A stretch of 64,000 nucleotides of DNA from Thelocarpon superellum (taxonomy: Eukaryota): assembly GCA_026025795.1 (NCBI GenBank), contig JAPEUG010000013.1:1-64000 (forward strand). The letters are read 5' to 3'. Positions within the stretch are counted from its first letter, which is position 1. Every line of letters starts with the position of its first letter. The notes under the pieces were generated by a model. That model saw nothing but the letters and a program-made list of their open reading frames with translations, was not told the origin of the DNA and made no database searches. Shown in pieces: positions 23,495 to 37,365 of the stretch. The translations under genes and the position numbers were made by a program.

Positions 23495-25197
23495 ATGGCA
23501 CCGATCCTGTCCTGCGTGGCGGGCTGGACCACCGTCTTCCTCGCCGCGGTGACCACGGTCGATGGCTTTTGGCGCTTACCTTGCCAAGGTCGCTCCGGGC
23601 TGGCCCGGATCGACCCGCTCATCAGCCCCGGTGTGCCCAGTAGCCACGCTCACGCCATTCATGGAGGAAGCAGTGAGTACCACCGCAGCGTGGAGAAGGA
23701 AGCGATAACTGACATGGGACGGCAGACTTCGGAATGGACTCCACGTACGATGACCTACGGGCCTCCGAGTGCACCAGCTGCTCCGTCACGCAAGACCGTT
23801 CGGCCTACTGGACGCCGGCCTTGTACTTCCTCGGTTCGAATGGCGAATACCAGCTGGTGACGCAAGTTGGCGGCACGCTGGTCTACTACCTCCTTTATGG
23901 CGACAATATCCAGGCCTATCCCGCCGGTTTCCGGATGATTGCCGGTGACACTAGCCGACGGAACATCACCGTGCCCGTGCCTGACCCGCCGCAGTCGAAC
24001 TGGGGCCCAAGTGACCAGACGCAAGACGCCCTGGCGCAGAAGGCCATCGGATTTAACTGTCTGGACTACAGCAAGAACCCTCCGGAAGGCAGCTTGTCTC
24101 GCCACAACCTCCCCGACAAGGCCTTCCTCGACGCCAACTGCAAGGACGGCGTGCGCTTCGAGCTCATGTTCCCCAGCTGCTGGAATGGCGAGTTGGACTC
24201 GCCCGACCATAAGAGCCATCTGGCCTACCCGAACCTCGTCAAGACGGGGACATGTCCGCCAGGGTTCGACAAACGCTTGATCTCCATGTTCTACGAGACC
24301 ATCTGGAACACGACGGAGTTTGTGGGACAATCGGGCCAGTTCATCATCGCCAATGGCGATCCCACAGGTGCGGTGCCCGTGTGACGAGACAGGAGGAATC
24401 GTGCTGATGCGTGCCATACAGGCTTCGGCTACCACGGCGACTTCATCGCTGGATGGGATCCCGCCTTCCTCCAGCAAGCGACGGACCAGTGCACCAACCC
24501 ATCGGGGCAGATCCAAGATTGCCCCTTGTTCACCATCCAAGATCAGGACGCGGAAGGCCAGTGCAAGATCCAGACGCCACCGGTCCTTGCGCAAGAGAAC
24601 TGTGCGAGTCCTGGTGGACAACTGCCAGGAGAAGGTATGCTTCCCGGTCCTCGAAGGCCCCCTTGATGGGGACGGTGCCTTGAGGGGACGGTGTGCTGAT
24701 ACCTTTGTGTAGCTGCCATCCAATCTGGGCCTCAGCCCGCGACGGAAGCCCCAGCCGCCACGTCGGCTGCTGCCGCATCCAGCGCATCGGCATCCAGCAG
24801 CGGCGGCGCCGGGGCGGAGTTTGCCGTGGCGCAAGCAGTGGGTGCCGGTTCGCCCCCGGCGCCCACCCCGCCTCCTGCCGCCCCCCCGGCGGCCGCGAAC
24901 CACTACGCCACCACGCTGTGGGAGACGATCAACGGCACGGAAGTGGTGGAGATTTTGGTCACGACGACCGAGACGACCGTCGTAGTGACGGCGGCGCCGG
25001 CCGCACCGACGGGCGACAACACCTTTGTCGTGGCTCGCGCGGCCCCGGCCGACGTGGCCGTGGAGAAGCGCGCAGGCGGAGACGTGGACGCTCAGCCGAT
25101 CATGCGTCAGCATCAACATCACCATCGCGACACTAACGGCCATCTCAACCATCACCAGCACCATCATTACAATCGACGGCATTATCATCGTCGATGA
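23495..25197 (+). CDS. Secreted DUF1996-domain protein with His/Arg-rich tail (3 introns)
   Basis: Signal peptide, then FWRLPC..RIDPLISPG..SHAHAIHGG, DRSAYWTPALY, FPSCWNG, FYETIWNT, NGDPTG|FGYHGDFIAGWD. Ala/Pro linker and His-rich end. Confidence 0.92.
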
Positions 25198-25488
25198 TGT
25201 CTCGCAAGGTGATTCGGTTCCGGGAGAGATTGTGTTACTTGCAACTGCGATTTATGCCTGTGACTCAGCATGCATGCATTCAGGGGGTGGGCGCGAATCG
25301 ACTGGACCTGCATTTGACGGCACTTGACCTGTTCTTGCTCTCTTTTCCACTTCGATTTTGTTCATTTCTAACTTGCCGTCGCCAACATTTCCCATTTCTG
25401 TCCTCGTCGTCGAAACCTCGACGTGGACGTGCACATGGACGCGGGCATCACCCTTGCATCTTGTCGGGTTGCTTGGTTTATGTCCTCT

Positions 25489-25489
25489 G

Positions 25490-25521
<32 letters not shown>

Positions 25522-25522
25522 G
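25489..25522. repeat. (GTC)n microsatellite
   Basis: Read directly. Confidence 0.9.
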
Positions 25523-26001
25523 CACCCTGATACCTCTGCTTTCTCCCCTTCCCATTCTTGTACCTATTCAAATTTCCCTTGGCTTCGACATGCTTGTTGG
25601 GTGGAGTGGAGTGGATATGGTGCAAGGGATGCACGAAGTGTGAGCGAGCAACGGGGAAATAGGAAGACCCACTATGCAGCTTGCTCCTTTCCTTTTCCCT
25701 GTCTCTCGGTGGAGGAGCAAACAACAAAGACCCAAAGCAAAATCAGAAGAACGAGAGAAAGTCTTACGATTCGTGTGATTGCGACAACATAACTATGATG
25801 GGTATCTGTCTAATTTCCCCGGCCTTGATCCGTCCCATCAATCCAAATCCAGATTCATCTGCCTCCCTTTCCCACCTACACCCGTTCCCGTACGCACCCA
25901 TGGGCCGCCGCTAGCTTTCAACAGATTTGACACAAGCAACCCCCGTCACTCACATACTCCGGCCATCAATACATTCAACACAAGAAACTCTCCTCGCTTA
26001 C

Positions 26002-27999
26002 TCACTTGCTCGGTCCATCGGGCATCATGGACCAAGAGCCATTACCGAACCAGATGCCCGCGCGAGTGTAGTCCAGAGCCTGCGTCGCCTGGAGATAGGC
26101 AAGGCGGAAGTAGTACGGCTTGCGGTCGTCCAGACCGGTGCGGGACCAGGTGAGCTGCGGTGGGTCCCCCGCGTCGGTGTAGCCCTCGTAGCGCTCGACG
26201 TCGTTGACCAGCACCGACACGCCGTCGAAGGAGCCGTTGGCGTTCGAGAAGGTGCTCGGCTGCGCCCAGGAGATGGTGATGTTGGAGCCCGTGATGGTCG
26301 GCGGTGATATGACGGGCAGCGCGGAGTCGTACTGCCCGTCGCCTTGTAGGGCGGCGGGCGTCTGCAGGATGCTGTCGAAGCCCCAGCGCGCGATGCCGTT
26401 GATGAAGAGCCCGACGAGGAGGCCTTGGTACAGGAGGGACGGGCGCGTCTGGAGTGATGTTCCCGGGAGGAGGAGCAGCGCAAGGATGTAATGGTGGATG
26501 CGGAGGCTGAGGCCCGGAATGGCCGCCAGGAGGCCGAGGGCGATGCCCATGCTGGCGTAGAGAGCTAGGAAGCGCGGTAGGCGGCCTTCGAGTCGCAGAT
26601 ACCAGCCCTGGCCCACGACGATGGCGAGAACCACCACCACGATGACGACCAGTGCCACCTTGGCGCCCGGTTGTTGGTCCAGATCGTGCGGCGTCAGGCG
26701 CTGGATGGGAATGAAGTCGAAGGTGTAGTTGGTGAGCGCCCCGACCCAGCATCCGCCGAGCCAGAGCACCGTCTTCTCCACCTGTGCCCGCAGTCCAAGC
26801 AGCGCGCGTCGCACCACGTAGCGGCAGATGACGAATGCGATAAAGGCCGCGGGTAGAAACTGGCCCAGGAGGATGGAGACCAGCGAATAGTAGTCGCCGA
26901 AGCTGGGTGGGTCCGAGGCCAGGCCGACGTGGTAGAAGATGCCGACGAAGGTGGCGAAGAAGAAGACGGCGGGCGCAGTAGTGAAGAGCGACAGGAGACT
27001 CGTGAAGATCACCGACACGGCGAGGAGTGGCCATCGGAGGTCCTTGCACTCTGAACTCGTGCCCGGCGCAAAGGAAAAGGAGAGGGGAAAGGACGAGTCA
27101 AAGGCCACGCTCTGGATCCCATTGCGTTTCGTGCTGGCATAGCTGTCGCGCTCCCCGACCAACTGTACCACGGCGCAGCCGCCATCCTGGTTGCTCACCA
27201 CGCCCGCATGGATCGCGGCACTGCACAGGAACGAATCGCCTCGATAGACCGTGCTCGACCCCACGTCCGCGTCATCCGTCGGCGGTCCACCCACCACCAA
27301 TGGCTGATAGATGAGCTCTTGCGCCCCCACGGCACGAGGATTCAGCACCTGCTCGCTGATGCAATTTCCCGGGCAGCGAAAGGCGAAGGACTGGTTGGTA
27401 AAAGGGCGACATCCATTGCCGTCGAGACCGCAACCGTTTCCCTCCACCCTACGATCGTCAGTCGGTGACCCAGAGCGCTGGCTCGGCGGCGCTTACCAGT
27501 ACGTTGCACCGCACGAGATCGGCAATGGATTTCCATATCCCGCAATGTCACCCGAAAAGGCCGAATGGTGCTCTACCGTTACGAAGGCGAGTAGCCAGCA
27601 GAAGAAGAATGCCAGCAACGCCACGAACCGGTGCTTGCGTTTGGGCAAGAATCGTCGCACTACCCAGAGCGGCGCCGACTGGATGCGTGGCAAGAATGGC
27701 CGGATCTGTTGGATCTGTGGCGGTCGGGGGCCCTGCAGCCATCGAACAGTGATGCTCGAGGCTCGCTGGACGGGGAGTGGCACAATGCGCCACGGTCGAG
27801 CTCGTGCCGGCCCATCCTCGGAGCTTGGTTGTAGCGACTCCGGGTCGCTGGTCTCGTCCGAGAATGTCTGCGTCGACTCGTTGCTGACTGACGCCACCGG
27901 CGCCAGATCGGGTTGGTGCGACGAGAATGGCGATGCTGCAAGAAGGCCGTCTGGTTCTCGCTCTCGCTCGTCGCGCTCCACGTTACTGGGTGGTCCCAT
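26002..27999 (-). CDS. LCCL-domain multi-pass membrane protein (intron 27496-27449)
   Basis: CGATYW|VEGNGCGLDGNGCRPF, YRGDSFLCSAAIHAGV (LCCL), several TM helices, LRIHHYILALLLLPGT. Confidence 0.9.
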
Positions 28000-29099
28000 G
28001 GTTCCGGTTGGGACACGCCCCGGGTCGCGCGGTTCCGTTCGACAACGAGCATCAGACGCGGGGGGCCATTGATGGGAGCTTCAGTCACAAAGACGCTCGC
28101 CCCATCTTGTGACGACGAAGCTGACGCATCGAGTGTGGGTGCCGTGCAAAGCTTCACAATGGACGATGGGACTGATAAACTGGTGGATTTCTATTTACGA
28201 ACGCGCGGCCCGGCCGTCGGAGGCTCGACCTCTCGACGGCGGGCCCGTCTAGATCCAAGACCTCGGGAGGACCCTGCCGAATCAAAAGTCTCAGCTTAAC
28301 GAGCACACGAGCCCCCGTCAATCTGGGGAGTTCCCGGGTCAGTCTCGCCGAGCCCCACGGCCCCACGGCCCCTGGCAGATACCACCCACTCCACCACGCA
28401 CGGGGCGAGCCCATGTCAAACATGTCAGCAGAACTCCGAGCATCTCGAATCCTTTCCCTAATGCTTCGCTAGTTAAGACGATCCGCCCAAAATTCGAGCA
28501 GGTGACCAGAGAGGCGGAGGTGGAAGGGTTAAGGGTGGAAGGGTGACAGCGTTGGTGCCAATCCATCCACAGCCCGCGAATAACCGGCCTCGCGACGACC
28601 ACCCACGGCTACGGGGGCCGGGGGCGCGGTAGGCAGGCCCCAGTTGAGGCCTGCCCGCACCCGTCATCCCCGTCTTTGAATCCCCGCTAGACTCGACGAG
28701 GCAGCCAATTGACCCCACCATAGCGTCTGGTCCGCCCAGTCGTGAACTGTGACGCATTTGATACGGCGATGGCCGATCCGATAACAAGGGGACAGCGTGC
28801 ATGTCCCATCCGTGGACTACGGGACCATGCAGGCGCGGGACTTCCGTCTTTGTTAGTCAGACACGCCACACGCCCTTGATTGACAACCATCACGCGCCAT
28901 CGACTCCACTGAGAGTCGGTCATCCAGCATCGATGTCTTCGTCTCTTACAATGTTTTCGCATCCTCTCCGCTAACTCTCTCCCAGCACACTCTCTGAGCC
29001 TGTCGCTTCCATACTTCCCAGTGCACTGCGACGTCGCGCTGCGCAAGAGCTCATCAGTCTGTCGTGAATCCTTATCTGCGTCCACCCGTGTATCTCCAC

Positions 29100-30992
29100 A
29101 TGGCGTCCCTCTCTGACCGCCCGCGGCGGGCTCCGCTGGATTTGTCTCACCACTTCTCGCGCTCGGTCAAGAGCCGGCAGCAGAGCAGCATCAAAGATTT
29201 CTACAAGTTCTTCGCCATTCCGGGCATCGGGAACCTGGCGGGAGGTATGTCGCCTGCCACTCTCGCCGTCTGCCCTCCTTCCTGACCGGCGCACCTCCAG
29301 GTCTTCCGAACCAGAGTCTGTTTCCGTATGACACTCTCGAAGCCGCTGTGGCCTTACCGCAACGCTTCACCCCGACGCCGAACTACCCGAGCGGGTCCTC
29401 CCTCCCCACCGATCCTGCCGCCACACGCCTCCTCGTTCCCAAGATCTCGGGCAAGGACGATGTCCTGCGTAAGATCGATTTGACCACAGCCCTGCAATAT
29501 GGAACGGCGCAAGGGTACCCTCCGTTGCATAATTTCCTCCGCGACTTCACCCGGGAGAACCTGAATCCCAACGTGCCATACGCCGGCGGTCCGGAGATCA
29601 TCCTCACATGTGGTAATACCGATGGCTTCGCTAAGACCCTGGAGACCTTCTCGAATGAATGGTCTGAGTTGCGAGATTGGAAACGAGATCGCCAGGGCCT
29701 GCTGGTCGAAGAATTTGCATATATGAACGCCATCCAAGCTGCCCAACCCCGGGGGCTGCAGATCGTCCCTGTCGGCATGGACGGGGAAGGGATGAGAGCG
29801 GACGGAAAGGGTGGGCTGGAAGATGTCCTCTCTAATTGGGACGAAGAGAATGGGAAACGTCCACATATCATGTATACTGTGACGTGAGTGCAGCTCCATG
29901 CGCGTGCTCGTGAGCAACAATGGCGCTGACTGGCCCCGGTGCAGCCTCGGACAGAACCCCACCAGCGGCACGTTGTCGGTCGGGCGCCGGAAGGACCTCT
30001 ATCAGATCTGCCAGAAGTATGATGTCGTCATCATCGAGGACGAACCATACTGGTACCTGCAGTATCCGTCCGCTGTCACCAGCGAGGAGGCTCGGGATGC
30101 CGGCACCGTACACCATACCGGAGCGGTGCCGGGGGTGGTTGACGAGACGAAAAAGTCGTCGGGCTTCGACTTCCTGGATTCTCTCGTACCCAGCTATCTC
30201 TCCATAGATACCGACGGCCGCGTCGTGCGCCTCGACACCTTCTCCAAAATGGTGGCGCCCGGCTGCCGGTGCGGCTGGATCACGGCCCAGCCGGCGGTGG
30301 TGGAACGGATCCTACGCATCAGCGAGGTGTCGACGCAGCAGCCGTCGGGCTTCACCCAGTCCATGTTGGCCGAGTTGCTCATTGGGCCCTCGGACGACAC
30401 CGACGACGGCGGTCGTGGCGGAGACAAGGACGGCAAGGGCTGGGGCGTGGAGGGTTGGGTGCGCTGGCTGGAAGGGCTGCGGGGTGAGTATGAGCGGCGG
30501 ATGCAGACCATGTGCTCCATCCTCGAGGAGGGCCGCTTTTTGATGAAATCGACGTCCAAGGACGTTGAGCCAGCCAGCGGGCCGAGCGAGGCCATGACAC
30601 ACTGGAGCGTCGTGGACAAGGTGATGATGTTTGACTTCGTCTGGCCACGCGCCGGTATGTTCGTGTGGGTGGAGCTGAACCTGTCGACGCATCCGCTGTA
30701 CCACAAGATGTCCAAGGTCAAGCTCAGCCACGCGCTGTGGCTGCACCTCACCACCAAGCCCTACCTCGTCCTCGTCGCGCCCGCCAGCATCTTTTGCCCA
30801 ACGCCTGAAGTCTTGAAGACGCGTGGGCCCGACTTCTTCCGCCTGTGCTTCGCCGCGGTGGAAGAAGAGGAGGTCAAGTCCACCAGCCACCGCTTCGTCG
30901 CCGCCTTTAACAATTTCTGGGCCAAGACCGACGTCCAGGAGATGGAGGACAATCTGCAGGTCGCCGCCGAAGAAGGCTGCGCGCAGATGTGA
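29100..30992 (+). CDS. PLP-dependent class I aminotransferase, Aro8/2-aminoadipate transaminase-like (2 introns)
   Basis: IGNLAGG|LPN, LQYGTAQGYPPL, GQNPT, IIEDEPYWYL, RLDTFSKMVAPGCRCGW (PLP lysine), FFRLCFAA. Confidence 0.93.
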
Positions 30993-32079
30993 GGACCATG
31001 ACGGCTTGACGATATCTGCCCTCGCTCGCCATTGTTCGATGGCATGTAGCTAGATTGCGTATAGAAGAGAAGGATGATGCGCATACATCCAGAGCTGTGA
31101 AGTTGGGGTGCAACGGTCCCTAGGGCACACTGTTACGATCACGCCATCGGCGTGGGTAACCACCAGTACCTTCCGCAGACCACTATGCAGCTCCACCAGC
31201 AAGGTTCACCAATCAAGTCAGGCCTCGACCGGGACGCTGGTACACTGCCCGGCTGCGTTGACAGTGAAGCCGACGAGGACGCGGATGCTTAAGTCGCGCA
31301 CCGTGCATATGTCGAGTAGCAGAGCCGGGCCAGCACGGGGCCACTGGCGGATCTGTCCGCGACTGCCGCACGTCCGCAGCAGCCGGTCGACATGCCAGTA
31401 GTAGTCATGCGAGAGTGACCGGCCTACATTAAGGGTGCACGATCGCGATGATGAGCGCGACGAGGCCTCTGCCCATTGTGCCACCACCTTCTCATCGTTC
31501 GAAAAGTGGGGGATGCATGCAGTACCGTCGGCCAGCCGCGTCCGGGACTTGGTGCTGGTGACCACTCCTCGGACGAGCACCGTACCACCCCACGCCGATC
31601 CGACCGGTCGGGATCTCGGATCGCGGTACAGTCCGTCGTACCTGAGCTATCGTCTCTGCAGTGCAGCGGCCAATGCAGGCGACGGCGCCACCAGAAGAGG
31701 GGCCCGTGAGGTAGCTATGCGGCCGACCCTGGACCAAATCCGGTCGTCAAAGAAGAGCAGCCGATTGTGAAAAATGACGGATCACGACGGACGGGCGTCC
31801 CGATCATGTCGCACCAAGCGCCGCTTTCACTCCTGGCTCTTCCTCAGCTGATGTGAGGCCGACCGGGCCAGCTGAAGAAGCGAAATGGTTGGGACGGGGC
31901 CGGTTCCGTTATCGGAGCCCTACTAAAACCACCCAGTCCGCCCGTTGATATGTCCATGCTGCTCCCAAGCTCATGCCGCAGCAATTCGCCAACCGTGTCG
32001 GATCGTGTCTGACTGCACTCACCTCCACGCCGTCGCTCTTTTGGAAGGTCTTGGTGCGGTGGTCCTCTACGCGGGCAGG

Positions 32080-33950
32080 ATGGGGGACGAAACTCCCGAC
32101 CGGACCGTGCCCGAGTCAAGGGTCCTGATCATCATGACGGGTCGGTGTGTGTCCGCTTACGATCGGAGGAGCCCGGTGGCTGACGAGCACGCAACAGGGG
32201 GGACCATCTGTATGAGACGGTCCGAGATGGGCTTTGTGCCGGTCTGTCGTGAAAAACGCACAAGGCGAAGAATCGCAGGCCGGACGGCGGCTGACGTGCG
32301 GCATGGCAGGCGCGGGGCTTCCTCGAGGCCGGCATGAAACCTCGACCCTCTTTCAACGATGGCTCCAATCCGGAGCCGCTCGAGGCCCTGACGGTCCAGG
32401 GCGAGAGCACGGTGCTGCAGAGCTTGCGCACGCCGGTCAGTGCGTATGAGCGGCAGGTGCGGTATGCCATCTTGGAATTCGACGAACTACTGGATAGCAG
32501 CTCCATCGACGCCAAAGGCTGGAATGACATCGCCAAGGCCATCGCGCGCAACTATCAGCTCTTCGACGCCTTCGTCGTCCTGCACGGGACGGATAGTCTG
32601 GCGTACACGTGCTCGGCCCTGAGCTTCATGCTGGAGAATCTGGGCAAGCCCGTCATCTTCACCGGGTCGCAGGTGCCCATGATGGAGCTGCAGAACGACG
32701 CGACGGACAACCTGCTGGGCTCGCTGATCATCGCCGGCCACTTCATGATCCCCGAGGTGTGTCTCTTCTTCAACTACGAGCTGTTCCGCGGCAATCGGGC
32801 GACCAAGACGTCGGCCAGCCACTTCTCCGCCTTCTCCTCGCCCAATCACCCCCCTCTGGCAACTATGTCGTCGATCAAGACGCACGTCGCGTGGCCCCTG
32901 ATCTATCGACCCACGCACATCCATTCCTTTGGCATCCGGACCGACCTGGACACGGCGCACGTGGCCTGTCTGCGCATCTTCCCGGGCATCCGACCCGAGA
33001 TGGTCGACGGCGTGCTGCGGCTCGAAGGTCTCCGCGGACTCGTCCTCGAGACCTTTGGCGCGGGCAACACCCCGGGTGGACCGGACAGCACCATGACGCA
33101 TGTGATTGAAGACGCTGTGAGGCGCGGCATCATCATCGTTAACGTGACACAATGTAAGTCAGCGCCCCAATCGAGCTTAGAAGCCGCACTGACGCCGATG
33201 GTGGGCCAGGTACCACGGGTACCGTCAGCGCCTTGTACGCACCCGCCACGGTCTTGGGCCGTGCCGGTGTCGTCTTCGGGCACGACATGACCACGGAAGC
33301 GGCTTTAGCGAAGCTCTCGTACCTGCTCGCCGTGCCCGGACTGTCGGGCCCGGAGATCGTACATAAGATGTCGATCTCCATTCGTGGCGAGCTCAACGAG
33401 CACTCCAAGACGACCTTTTCCCACCCCTCGAGTCCGACGGACCCGTCTCCGAGAATGGGCAGCCTGGCGGCCCTCACGGCCGCCGTGAACCGTGGCGACT
33501 TGGACGCGGTGCAAGAAGTGATGCGCATGGAGCCAACTTGGCTGTTGAACGAAGCGGATGAGCTAGGCAACACGCCGTTGGTAAGTGACCCCGCCGCGGA
33601 GATGTGGTGGGGCGAGGGGGAGGTCCATCCCCCTCGCCGGCGTCGACATCAACTGACCCCGTGGACACTAGCACCACGCCGCCACCGGGCCCAACCTCGA
33701 CATCTTGCGACATTTCCTCTCGCAAGGCGCGTCGGTCCATTTGCGGAATCGCGCGGGACGCACGCCGCTGTTCCTGGCGGCCAGCAGCGGCCGGCATGAG
33801 AACGTGCTGTTGCTGCGAGACTCCGGCGCCCATCTACATGCCTCGGAGCGGGGACGGGCATGGCTGCAATCGACGCAGAACGCCCACATCTGGCGTGCGG
33901 CGGGCCTGTCGAGTGAGCGGGTGGTGCCCAAGGCCGATGGCGAGCGATGA
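32080..33950 (+). CDS. Type I (cytosolic) L-asparaginase with C-terminal ankyrin repeats (4 introns)
   Basis: VLIIMTG|GTICM, FVVLHGTDSLAY, TGSQ, LETFGAGN, DMTTEAALAKL, and ankyrin motifs GNTPLH and GRTPLFLAA. Confidence 0.94.
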
Positions 33951-35537
33951 CGATGGGGAGGCTAGACGTCGATTTTGCGCCGTGTGGGTGCCATCTGTTT
34001 CGGGTAGACCGCTAGATTCTCCTTCGTGGGTCCACGTCATGTCGTGTTGTTGCGCATATCCTGTCATGTCATGCCGTGCATAGACCACTACCCTCCATTC
34101 GCGTCTCTCTTCGCCGATTCCCGTCGGAGCGTAGGCTGACATGGGCGGGGCCGCGGCTAGAGACGAAGTGGTCGGGACGGCGCGATGACCCATCGTAACC
34201 TTGCGCATTCTGTCAGCACCCCCGGCTTACCGCCTCTGCGGTTCCGCCGCACACCGCACCGGGATGGCATGGTGAATGCGACCCAATCGCCGCCACGTGG
34301 AGGCTGGCACTGGCTGGCCGGTCGGCCAACACGGTGAGGGCCTTGTTGGGTTGGTGTGGAAGGAACCGATCGTCTCTGGCCCTCGCCAGGCCCTTACCAG
34401 GGATGACGACTCTGCTAGCCTGGCCCAGCGGAGGCTCCTTGTCAGCGAGGTGCGGCGTGCCGGAGCAAGTCCGTCTAGATCTCGAGAGTGTCCAGGGAGT
34501 GTCCAGGTGTCAGCAGTATCAGATCTCCGAAACCCTCCGTCCGGCACTAAACTGGTGCTCGATCTAAAAGCCAGAGGGCTGCGTGGTGGAAAGGCTATTG
34601 AGGCAAACAATTCGTCATCTCGCACAATAACAAAGTATGACTTGTCGGCTGGCAATTAAGCGGACGGCGGACGGTCACGGGCGACCATGGTCATTGGTAA
34701 GGAATACACTTCCGCCCTACTGCTGAAGCGGTACCCAGCGAAGAGCTGGACATGTTTCTACTCGTAATGGCCCTCTAGCTATAGCCCGCAGCCCCCTATG
34801 TCCCGTTTCCCCGCAATCCGACACCTTCCCTGGCTGACCGCAACTCCCCAGCCCCGCCAATGCTCATACGAGTACTCGCTGGAGTACTCGCACGAGCAGT
34901 CATGCGGCACTACCCGGGCCTCCGGCTTAGGTACGAGGACGCCGTAGGAAAGAAGGCAATCGTCGGCACTGGCAGGGAAAAGGTGTGGAGCACCAATTCT
35001 GATGCCGGACCGACCGACCGAGACCACATTGCGAGCTTACCCTAGGTAACTTGCTAACCTGCCCACAGGCCAAGCTTGGCATGGCCGTTTTCCCCCGAAT
35101 CCTCTCGGCCTGATGCTCATGGGACTGGTTACGTAAATGGCGGGTGTGATGGACGCCAATCACTCAAGCTCATGGGTGTCATGGCGTGCCTGCGCGTGTG
35201 AGCCATCACTTCGAATCGGATGAAATGTCAATATGCTGTGCGACCACCGTCTCTGTTGCATGGACATGGCACTCTTCGACCAGCTCTGCTTTTTCCGCCG
35301 AACCTCTCGCATGGCTCTGTACACCTCTCTCTGCGCTCACAATGCGTCTGGGTGCCCTCTGATCTGAGCTTGAACGATAGATGAGACGGAGCATCATAGC
35401 CCGGCGACGTGATCAGCATCGACCGTGTCCGCGGAGAAACCAAAACATTGCTACGCCGGCCGCGCATCCCTCTTTCTCACACCAATCTCATACAGGAGAC
35501 CGCCCCGAGAAGCTGAGAAGGACGTCTCCTCGCCCGA

Positions 35538-36555
35538 ATGCCCCACCAGACCATCGTCGTCGTCAACTCCACCGGGCGTCAGGCCGCCAGCCTGGCGCGC
35601 GTGGCCTCGGCCGTCGGATACCACGTGCGTGCGCAGCTACGATCCCGGGAGGGCCTGGTGGCGCGGGAGCTGGGGGAACTGAAGAACGTGGAGTTGCTCG
35701 AGGGATCGCTGGAGGATCCCAGGCTGGTCTCCCGATTGTTCGTCGAGGCCCATCTCGCGTTCATCAACACCACGTCCTGGGGCGATGAAGTGGCCGTTGG
35801 CCGTTCCTTGGCCGACGCCGCCAAGAAGGCAGGCGTGCGTCACTACGTCTACAGCTCCATGCCCGATCACTCGGTCTACGGTCATGGATGGCCGGCCCTG
35901 CCCCACTGGGCGGTGAAGTTCACGGTGGAGAATTACATCCGCCAGATTGGACTCCCAGCGACGTTCGTCTACGCGGGCATCTACAACAACAATTTCACTT
36001 CTCTGCCCTATCCTCTCTTCTGCATGGAGCTGCAGGCCGACGGCAGCTTCCAATGGAAGGCGCCCTTTCACCCCGACATTCCTCTCCCGTGGCTCGACGC
36101 CGAACATGACATTGGGCCGGCGGTACTCCAGATCTTGAAAGACGGACCAGGCAAGTGGTCGGGTCACCGGTAAGCCACCTCCCTCACCAACCACACCGAC
36201 AGATCCCGAAGCCCTGCTCACAGCGTCACGTAGCATCCCCCTCGCTTTCGAGCTCTTGACGCCGAGACAGGTATGCGCCGCCTTCAGTCGGGGCATCAAT
36301 CGACGCGTGCGATACACGCGGGGTCCGATCGAGATCAAGGTATCGATACCAGCGGGCTACCGCACGCAACTCGACAGCCTCGCGATCCTCTTCGGCCAGT
36401 ACCAGGCGCCGTACTTTGGGCCGGAGCTGGCAAATGCTGTGCCTTCGGAGGCCTTGGCGTTATGGGAGGGATATCGTGGCATCGAGGAATACGCGCGCGA
36501 GGTCTTTCCCGTCGAGGAGCGACTGAATGGCTTGACGTGGATGGATGACGAGTAG
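35538..36555 (+). CDS. nmrA: Nitrogen metabolite repression regulator NmrA/NMR-1 (intron about 36170-36233)
   Basis: IVVVNSTGRQAASLARVASAVGYHVRAQ, HYVYSSMPDH, YAGIYNNNFTSLPYPLF, EEYAREVFPVEERLNGLTWM. These match the NmrA orthologue rather than a generic NmrA-like protein. Confidence 0.95.
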
Positions 36556-37365
36556 GTGAGATGAGGACGTTGGCTCGGGCTGCAGTCCGAGGGCCTGGGA
36601 AAGGGAAAAGACGGGGAGAGCCCATGATCTCTTGGTTAGGGTTCAGTGTCATAGTTACATATGCAAAAGAGGCGCAAGGCTTGGAGTAGGAGTAAGCGTA
36701 AGAGTAAGAGTAAGAGAGGGAGGAATGGTCAAGTCCTCAGCTCAGTTCAGCTCAACGCCTGTCGTCACCTCCACATAGTCACAGAGTCCATGTACGTTAT
36801 GCACGCAAGCACGTTGGGAGGGGCAAGTCGAAGAAGGTAATGAGGAAGAATGACCGGATTGGATTCGAAAGAGCGACTAAAGTGAGTAAGTCCAGGCCAT
36901 CGATCAATCCCACAATCCCACAATCGCATGATGAAAGTTCAAGATATGTATGGTCCTCCTAACGCCTTTGCCATGCTGACTGACTGACTGACTGAATGAT
37001 CTGGCCGTCACGCTTCATGCGTATGTTGACAATTCTGCTCCATACTCCATCTCCCACCTCCAATCTCAGCGTCCCGGGTTCAGACATTCTTCCTTGCACC
37101 TCGAAGCCTGCGAAGTCTGTCCATCTGTCTGTGTGGAAAATCATGGGATCTTCGACAAGTGCGTCATGCTGGTGGGCGGCATGTGTGTATGTACTCGTAA
37201 TCCACCCGCGGCACGCAAGCACAAAAATGTATGTATGTCGAAGACGAATGAAGGGGGGGAGTGGTGCAAACCCGAGAGGCTGGCAGTCAAAGGGAAGAGA
37301 ACATAGAAGGAACGGGCAGAGGTAAAAATGAAGAATGAAGAATGAAGACGATCCACTGGATCGAA

